64,000 nt of DNA from assembly GCA_020696345.1 (NCBI GenBank), contig JAEHCK010000003.1:10270-74269 (forward strand), read 5' to 3'. The position numbers and the translations under genes are program-made. Under the pieces are notes generated by a model. That model ran no database searches, was not told where the DNA came from, and worked only from the letters and a program-made list of their open reading frames with translations. This DNA is from Thermoplasmata archaeon. Lineage in GTDB: Archaea > Thermoplasmatota > Penumbrarchaeia > JAEHCK01. Numbering within the stretch: the stretch's first letter is position 1; every line of letters starts with the position of its first letter. Positions 38,685 through 46,600 of the stretch are shown here, one piece after another.

Positions 38685-40368
38685 TCCTGGTTTATCATTC
38701 TTAAACAAAGAACCGGCCCCCTTAAGATTTGGCACCAGCGGCTTGAGAGGGTTAGTTGAGGATATGACCGATCTCGAGTGTTACATCAACGTAAAAGGAT
38801 ATGTAGAATATCTGAAGAGTATCGGCATCGAAAAGGGTGGTATCGAAGAGGGTGATATTCTCGACATTGCTGGCGACCTGCGTTCCAGTACACGAAGGAT
38901 CATAGCTACAGTAGCACGTGCAATAGAGGATTCAGGTTCAATAGCCAATAACTGCGGTGAGATCCCCACCCCGGCTCTTGCCTATTATGCCATGCAAAAT
39001 CATCGTGCTAGCATTATGGTTACGGGTAGTCATATACCTGACGAGCCCCCTCGAAACGGTATAAAACCATACAAAACCAACGGAGAGGTCCTTAAATCCG
39101 ATGAGGACGGGATCTTTGAATGTGTGGCAAGGGTAAGAAGGGAAGAATACGCCAAATTAGGCACAGCTGAATCTCTTTTCACTCATGATGCATTGTTCAA
39201 AACAAAAAAAGCTCTGCCCGAAATAGATGAACAAGCGGAGGATTTGTATATTCACCGATATCTGGACGTTTTCCCTCAAAATTGCCTAAAAGATCAAACT
39301 CTTGTGGTCTATGAGCATTCAGCAGTGGGCAGGGATGTATTGGTAAAGATCCTTGAAGGTTTGGGCGCCAATGTAATAAGGGTGGGTAGAAGCGATAATA
39401 CATTTATTCCCGTAGATACAGAGGCAATTAGAAAGGAAGATGAAAGACGAATCAAGCAGTGGGCTAAGGAGTATATGCCCTTTGCGGTATTATCTACTGA
39501 TGGTGATAGTGACCGTCCATGGCTCTCTGATGAGAATGGTGAATTTTTAAGGGGGGATAAGCTGGGAATATTAGCGGCAAAGTACTTGAGAGCCGATTTC
39601 GCTGCTGTTCCTATAAGCTCAAATGATGCAGTTGACCGTTTCTTAAAAGATGAGCTTCAGTTAAAAAAGGCAAGAATTGGCAGTCCGTATGTGATCAAAG
39701 AAATGCTGGATGCAGTTAGCGAAGGGTTTAATAGAGTTGTCAGTTGGGAAGTTAATGGTGGATTTCTTACTCAGACAGAGCTCACCATCGATAATGATAA
39801 TAAGACATTAAAAGCTCTGCCGACAAGAGATGCAGTTCTTCCTCTTCTATGCACCATGCTTTTGGCTATAAAAGAAGGAAGGACGATTTCATCACTCATT
39901 GATACACTTCCAAAACGGTTTACACAAGCCGGAAAGAAAGAGTTCTCCATGGCAATGGACCAATACCTGGATATAAGCAGCCAGATCATCAAAGAGTTTT
40001 CCTTCGAGGATGTTAATATTGATAAGGTTAATTTTGGCGAAAAGATTACTATTTTCTACAAAGATATGAGTAAAAAAGAAATTGACCGCAGCGGCCCGTT
40101 GGGCGAAGTGTTGTTGAGAAAGAAGGATGGCCTAGAGAACGATCTTCCACAAGAGTTCGATGAGATAGCCGCCATGATCTTCACCGATGGAGTAAGGATC
40201 ATTTTGACTAATGATGATATCATCCATTTCCGACCCTCGGGCAATGCTCCTGAATTCAGATGCTATTCCAATGCAAATTCACAAGAGCGAGCTGATCGGA
40301 TCGTGGAAATCGGCATGGATCACATTCTGCCGGATATAATTAAAAAAATTGCTATGCAAAAAAGATAA
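38677..40368 (+). CDS. Alpha-D-phosphohexomutase superfamily enzyme (phosphomannomutase/phosphoglucomutase-like) with atypical motifs
   Basis: It has FGTSGLRG, the catalytic-Ser loop TGSHIPDE..NGIK (SHIP instead of the usual SHNP), the metal loop DGDSDR and the phosphate-binding loop RPSGNAPE. Confidence 0.8.
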   Translation: MGDPGLSFLNKEPAPLRFGTSGLRGLVEDMTDLECYINVKGYVEYLKSIGIEKGGIEEGDILDIAGDLRSSTRRIIATVARAIEDSGSIANNCGEIPTPALAYYAMQNHRASIMVTGSHIPDEPPRNGIKPYKTNGEVLKSDEDGIFECVARVRREEYAKLGTAESLFTHDALFKTKKALPEIDEQAEDLYIHRYLDVFPQNCLKDQTLVVYEHSAVGRDVLVKILEGLGANVIRVGRSDNTFIPVDTEAIRKEDERRIKQWAKEYMPFAVLSTDGDSDRPWLSDENGEFLRGDKLGILAAKYLRADFAAVPISSNDAVDRFLKDELQLKKARIGSPYVIKEMLDAVSEGFNRVVSWEVNGGFLTQTELTIDNDNKTLKALPTRDAVLPLLCTMLLAIKEGRTISSLIDTLPKRFTQAGKKEFSMAMDQYLDISSQIIKEFSFEDVNIDKVNFGEKITIFYKDMSKKEIDRSGPLGEVLLRKKDGLENDLPQEFDEIAAMIFTDGVRIILTNDDIIHFRPSGNAPEFRCYSNANSQERADRIVEIGMDHILPDIIKKIAMQKR

Positions 40369-40420
40369 TGGTTGAGGCAATTTTTTTAAAGTCAAATTTT
40401 AAAATCGAATATTTCAAGAT

Positions 40421-42199
40421 CTACGGCTCGGATCTCTTCGAGAGCTTCTCTTGCCAGATGTCAATTGGTTTTTTACCTTTTCCTTTTATCTCCGGATCAT
40501 CATATACCACTTGTGCGATCTTATATGCTGTTTCTTCAACTTTGTAGCTATCCGTACCTTGCACCTGGACCCTTATAATAGGTTCTGTGCCGGAGGGGCG
40601 GGTCACATGTTCGTAGCCACCTTCCAGGTCTTCCATGATCTTGGATATTTTTTCTTTAACTACCAAAGGTTCAATGACTTCCAGGCCAAGATCGTTCTTT
40701 GTTTTTAATGCGTTTTTATTTTCTATAGATATATATACCAGAATTTTCGGATAATCTTCGTAGAGACCATCTATATCTTCTATATTCCAACCTTCCAGCT
40801 CCATTAATGCTTTGACCAATAAGGAATTTCTTATGCCATCACCACATGCCTCATTCTGCATATTCATAATCGCAAGTAATATTATTTTAGCTCGCTCTTC
40901 CGCACCGGTTGTGGTGGTTGCATTCTTGATAAGTCCTTTGGCTTTATCACTAAAGTGAACTGCCCCATGACCCGATGCCTCATAGTAAACTCCAATATCG
41001 AATCTCTCAGCACCGGCACGGGTGTATTTATCACCCACCTTTGTCCTTTCAACAGGTAATTTCAATTCTTTCTCCACATACTTTTCTGCTGATTTATTAG
41101 CCAATACTGTCATAATATAACCGATATCGAGCTTCAGATCCAGTTCCTCAATATTCTTTTTAACGCATCTTATAATGTACGCGGCGATCTTATTACCATC
41201 GATCAGGTTCAAGTTACCATTTCCATCGAAATAACAACCAATATTTCTGTCATTATCACCATCGATGGACCAAAGTTCCATATTATTCCAAGGCTGGGCT
41301 CCGTATCCTTCTATTTTGATCAATGAATTCTTTGTCTTTGGATCTTTGATCATTTCCACACCTTTTGGCAATTCATTCTTGGTAAAAACATAATTGGCAC
41401 CGCATTTTTTGTTGATCGTGCCTTCACCGGTATTGACTAATGTTATATTCAATTCAGAAAGTTGTTCAGCCACCCTTTTGGCAAATTTTGAACCCGATCC
41501 GTTAGCAGCATCAAATATGGTCAGAGTTTCACTTAAATTCTCATCTTTTTTAAGAGATAATATTTCTTTCACATTCTCCACGGTATCTTTGACATAATCA
41601 TCGTCTATATCGGGCTGCTCGATAGTCTTACCCATCTTTATATCCGAGAGGTTAATACCAACTTCTCCGGCAATTTTTACGATCTCTTTTCTTAGGTCCT
41701 TTGCATTTACTATTCTGTTGGTTATCTTTTCCCATTTGGGCGAGATCTTTTTGCCGTTCTTATCAAATAGTTTCAAACCGTTTTGGTGCTCTGGGTTGTG
41801 CGAGCCTGTAATTACGATTGCAGCGCCTGCCGATCGATCGGTCCGTGCGTAAGTTCCACATTGAGGTGTAGTGGAGATACCGTTTTCACCATCTATTTTC
41901 ACATCAATACCCAATTCCAATGCGCCATTGACAGCCGCAGCCATTAAAGAAGGACCTGATGCTCGGTTATCTCTGGCAATATGAACATTTGTTTTGGATT
42001 CTGCTAATGTTAAAATTGCACAGGCAATTCCAAATCTATAAGCCGTAGAGGTTGAGACCTTACCGTTTTGGATCACATGATCTTCGGTAGTCTCACCGCG
42101 AATGCCATCGGTTTCCATTACCGAATCGCCGGTATTTACTTTAGGAATGTAATTTTTGTTCTCATGCCAATTATATAATAAGTTTTTTGCTCGCGACAT
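40421..42199 (-). CDS. Alpha-D-phosphohexomutase, AGM1/PGM3-like (phosphoacetylglucosamine mutase type)
   Basis: It has the catalytic loop TGSHNPEHQNGLK, the metal loop DGDNDRNIGCYF...LIDGNKIAAY, the sugar loop EASGHG (AGM1-style E-A-x-G-H-G rather than the bacterial GlmM GEQSGH), and the phosphate loop RPSGTEP. The length is 592 aa. Confidence 0.75.
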   Translation of the reverse strand: MSRAKNLLYNWHENKNYIPKVNTGDSVMETDGIRGETTEDHVIQNGKVSTSTAYRFGIACAILTLAESKTNVHIARDNRASGPSLMAAAVNGALELGIDVKIDGENGISTTPQCGTYARTDRSAGAAIVITGSHNPEHQNGLKLFDKNGKKISPKWEKITNRIVNAKDLRKEIVKIAGEVGINLSDIKMGKTIEQPDIDDDYVKDTVENVKEILSLKKDENLSETLTIFDAANGSGSKFAKRVAEQLSELNITLVNTGEGTINKKCGANYVFTKNELPKGVEMIKDPKTKNSLIKIEGYGAQPWNNMELWSIDGDNDRNIGCYFDGNGNLNLIDGNKIAAYIIRCVKKNIEELDLKLDIGYIMTVLANKSAEKYVEKELKLPVERTKVGDKYTRAGAERFDIGVYYEASGHGAVHFSDKAKGLIKNATTTTGAEERAKIILLAIMNMQNEACGDGIRNSLLVKALMELEGWNIEDIDGLYEDYPKILVYISIENKNALKTKNDLGLEVIEPLVVKEKISKIMEDLEGGYEHVTRPSGTEPIIRVQVQGTDSYKVEETAYKIAQVVYDDPEIKGKGKKPIDIWQEKLSKRSEP

Positions 42200-42296
42200 T
42201 TCGAATCACCAATTGATGGCTCTACTTATTTTCAATGGGTTTGAGGTAAATATACCCTGATATTAAGCACTTTTGTAATACTGCTTTATACTGTAT

Positions 42297-43277
42297 TCAA
42301 TTAGTTTTTTTTCCTAAGATCTTGAATTCCAGATCTTTTATCATATTTTCCTTCAAACCGATCAATGGATAATATATTGGTAAAGTACCGGTATGGCTAT
42401 TAGTAAATTTTTTGAAGTTCTCCAGGTCAATACCGATACAGATACCTTTCACTCGAACATAGCGCATGTAGTTCAGAAATTCTTCATTATTTAGATCTAT
42501 AATATCATAATTATTAGTCATATCCGCAGATCGTTCCTCCGTGGTTGATACCTCAATTATTTTTAACCCAATATTCGGCGTCCATGTCCTCAATGCTTCG
42601 ATCTGGTCCGTGATAAGGGCATCCTCCTCTTGTCGGTTCTCACCATTCTTGGAATTGGCCCGGAAATATACGGGGTATGTCCTGCACCCGCGTTTCATCA
42701 TCAACCATGCTGCAATGTATGAGTATTGGTCGGTAAAAATACTGACCACCTTACCCTGCGTACTCAATGGCAGTCCACCTGGGCCGGGGTATGATTCAGA
42801 AAAAACGAATGCGCGATTATTTCTTACTTCAACAAATATCTCAACATCTGGTGCGGAAAGATCTACCTTCAGCTCGAGATCGTTGAACCGGTCCAGAATA
42901 ACCGATCCCAAATGCCTGGCCAGGTCCATGCTTGTATATTTGTGTGTACCGGTACGGCGTGTCCGCAATGCAAAGGTCTGCTTTGAGGTCAATAAGGTCT
43001 TACCATATTCAACGACCTTCTGAGTAATTTCCGATATATCGGAACTTGTAGTTATAACCGGGCTAACCGAAATTATACCGAATATTGTGGTGAGCAGTCT
43101 TATCCCCAGACCTTCGTCATCGGTATGAAGATAGATCCTGCCCCAATCCGACTCGATAATACAATCGGTCCCGGCCCGTAAGAATTTATCCTCAATGTTT
43201 CTTATCATCTGTTTCTGGAACCTCTGGCGTACTCTCGGGCTTTTCAAGCCGAGTTCATTATATCTAATCAAAAGCAT
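42297..43277 (-). CDS. ThiI-like THUMP-domain protein with a degenerate PP-loop
   Basis: The N-terminus MLLIRYNELGLKS... and THUMP region are ThiI-like. In place of the expected SGGxDS PP-loop the sequence reads VVSIFTDQYSYIAAWLMMKRGC. Confidence 0.65.
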   Translation of the reverse strand: MLLIRYNELGLKSPRVRQRFQKQMIRNIEDKFLRAGTDCIIESDWGRIYLHTDDEGLGIRLLTTIFGIISVSPVITTSSDISEITQKVVEYGKTLLTSKQTFALRTRRTGTHKYTSMDLARHLGSVILDRFNDLELKVDLSAPDVEIFVEVRNNRAFVFSESYPGPGGLPLSTQGKVVSIFTDQYSYIAAWLMMKRGCRTYPVYFRANSKNGENRQEEDALITDQIEALRTWTPNIGLKIIEVSTTEERSADMTNNYDIIDLNNEEFLNYMRYVRVKGICIGIDLENFKKFTNSHTGTLPIYYPLIGLKENMIKDLEFKILGKKTN

Positions 43278-43332
43278 TATTGGTCGTATTTACATTGTAT
43301 TATTAATAATTTCAGGATTTGATAACAAGTCT

Positions 43333-43405
43333 AGGGAGTCGAGAGTCAAGGGTCGAGAGTCATGAGTCGAGTATGTGAGTGTGGGGGTATGTGGGTTTGG
43401 GAGTT
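43333..43405. repeat. G-rich degenerate word repeat (GAGTCGA / GTATGTGAGT / TTTGGGAGT)
   Basis: The sequence is AGGGAGTCGAGAGTCAAGGGTCGAGAGTCATGAGTCGAGTATGTGAGTGTGGGGGTATGTGGGTTTGGGAGTT. The words GAGTATGTGAGT and GTTTGGGAGT recur in inverted orientation at 49841-49890. Confidence 0.6.
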
Positions 43406-43657
43406 ATTATATTAAATGTAATTTTACTTTTGACTTTTTCTAACTATATTTCCATCCTCTACTCTATATCACCTCGACAGATTTTTATAACGGAAAATAT
43501 ATTCTCTGAAAGATAATAGGATCTCCAACAGGTAAAAGTGAAACATCGATCCTTTAGTTGTCGGGGTTTTATTATCGAGGTAGGCTGGCAAATAAGCAAA
43601 TAGGGCGATGTGCCAGAGAAATTCAAAAATGTATACAAATGAGAGGAGGCAGGTTAA

Positions 43658-46600
43658 ATGAAAAACAAAATGTTCAGATCATTGTTCGTTGTGAGTTTGT
43701 TAATAACTGGAATGTTCGTGGGTTTGATCGGGTTTGATGATGAGTTTGTTGGTGAAGTTTCAGCTTTTGCAGGCGGTGACGGTTCACCTGGGAATCCATT
43801 CAAGATCTCCAATGTGACCCATCTGCAGAACATGAGCGCTAATCTGAGTGCACATTATATTTTAATTAATGACATCGATGCTTCGAATACAACGACCTGG
43901 AACTGGAATGGTACAATTTATAATGGTTTTAATCCGATTGCCAATGATATAGACTCAGGAGCTGATGGTTTCCAAGGTAACAATTTCTCTGGCTCTTTAG
44001 ATGGTCAGGGCTACAATATCACTGGGCTTTTCATTAATCGCTCATCCGAAGATTACGTTGGACTTTTTGGGCGAATAAATTCCAGCGCGGTAATTAAAAA
44101 TGTTAATTTGGTAAATTTTAGTGTTTATGGAGATGAAGAAGTTGCCGGTTTGATTGGGTACAATGATGGTGGAACGGTCACAAATTGCAGTGCAGACGGC
44201 AATACAAATGTACCCGGAATTTATAATGACTATGGTTATAACATCGGCGGCATGATTGGGCATAATACGGGAACTGTTAAAGACTGTTACGTATATGGTA
44301 ATGTAAACGGAACTGCTGACGATACAGGTGGTTTGATCGGATACAATGAGGGAATTGTGATTAACTGCACTTCCTACGCTAATGCAACTGGAGACATTGA
44401 AGGAGGCGGTGATAAAGGCAGCCTGATTGGATTTAATGGTGGAGGTACTGTCATAAACTGTACAGCATACGGTTATGCATTTGGATACTATGATATTGGT
44501 GGTCTAATTGGATTGAATTGGCTCGGAACTATCATAAACTGTACTTCTTACGGCAACGTAACTGGAGGTTTACAGTTTGGCGGCCTTATAGGCGATAGCT
44601 ATGGAGATGTGACTAACTGCAAAGCATATGGTAATATCATCCCCAGTGGAATAGGATCCGAATGGAGCGTGGGCGGTCTGATTGGAAGCAATGATGGACC
44701 GGTCACAAACTGTACTGCATATGGTAACACAAAAAGCAACCAAATGGTAGGTGGCCTGATTGGAAATAATGGTGGGGTAGTGACAAACTGTACTGTATAT
44801 GGTAACACCACAGGAACTTATGGTGATTGCTGGGCGGTAGGTGGTTTGATTGGATATAATGATTGGGTGGTGACGAACTGTACTGCATTTGGCAATGTAA
44901 ATGGAACCGGAATTTTTAGTGAGGATGTAGGTGGCTTGATTGGATGGAACGAGGATGATGGTATGGTCACAGACTGTAGTGCATACGGCAATACAACCGG
45001 GAATAATAATACAGGTGGCCTGATGGGATATAATGAAGGTGGGGGGACAAACTGTACATCATATGGCAATACAACTGGGAATATCAATGTAGGCGGACTG
45101 ATTGGAAACAATTCTGAAATAGTGATAAACTGCACATCATATGGTGATACCACCGGGAATTGGTATGTCGGCGGTGTGACTGGATATAATACAGGAACAG
45201 TAAAAAACTGTACTGCCTACGGCAACACGAGCAGTAAGAATAGTGATTATATAGGTGGCCTAATAGGATATAATAATGGAACAGTCACAAACAGTAGCGC
45301 GTACGGCAATACAACCGGTGATGTTGCTATTGGCGGCCTGATTGGCTTAAATCTAAATACAGGAACAGTGATAAACTGTACTGCATATGGCAATGTAATT
45401 GGACTTAGTCAAGTGGGCGGCTTATTTGGTAACAATTCAGGAACAGTGAATAAATGCGGTTCAACAGGTAATGCTACCGGAACTGGTGATTATGTAGGGG
45501 GCCTGATAGGTAACAATTCAGGAACAGTAACGAATTGCTTTAGCCATAGCAATGCAACTGGAGATGATAATGTTGGTGGCCTGATTGGCAACAATGTTGG
45601 AGGGACAGTCACAAACTGCTATAGTATAGGATACGTAACCGGTAATTCCAATATCGGTGGACTAATAGGAAGTAGTTCAGGCACTGTTACAGGTTGTTTT
45701 TGGGATAATGAGACTTCAGGTCAAACTACTTCTGCTGGTGGTTTGGGGGTTCAAGGTAAGAACACTACAGAGATGATTATGGAAATTACATTTACCAGTG
45801 AAGGCTGGGATTTTGTCGATGTCTGGGGAATAGATAATGGTGAATTATATCCATTTTTTATGTTCTGGTACAATCCCCCAATGATTATTACACCAGATGT
45901 AGAAATTACATTTGAAGATTCTTTATATATTGTTGATTATGATGCATACTATTCAACTCATTCACCTGATAATGACATTGATACCTGGAAATTAACTACA
46001 AATGCTAGTAGCTGGCTGTCCATTGATGCAAATGGCGTCCTATCAGGTACACCAACAAACGATGATTTTGGTAGTTATTGGGTTAATGTTACAGTTACTG
46101 ATCTTGTTAGTGGCAATGACTCACATAACTTCACACTTACTGTATTTAATGTTAATGATCCTCCAATAATAACCACTCTTGACAATACTACAGCCATTGA
46201 GGATGTTTTTTACAGCGTCGATTACGATGCTGTTGATATTGATCCTACAATGGATACGTTCACTTGGAAGCTAGCTACTACTGCTTCTATTTGGCTGAAC
46301 ATCAATGGCCTCACAGGCGTCCTCTCGGGAACTCCGATAAATTCTGATATCGGGACCTTCTGGGTGAATATAACAGTTAATGACGGCAATGGTGGTACGA
46401 ACTCAACGAACTTTACATTAAAAGTAGACAATACCAACGACCCGCCGACGATAACGACAACGGATGAAAAAATGACCGTCGAGGATGTTCTCTATAGTGT
46501 TGATTACGAAGCAACAGACATCGATCCTACTGGAGATACGCTCACTTGGACCCTAACCTCAAACGCTAGCTGGCTGGATATTGATGAAACCACTGGAGTA

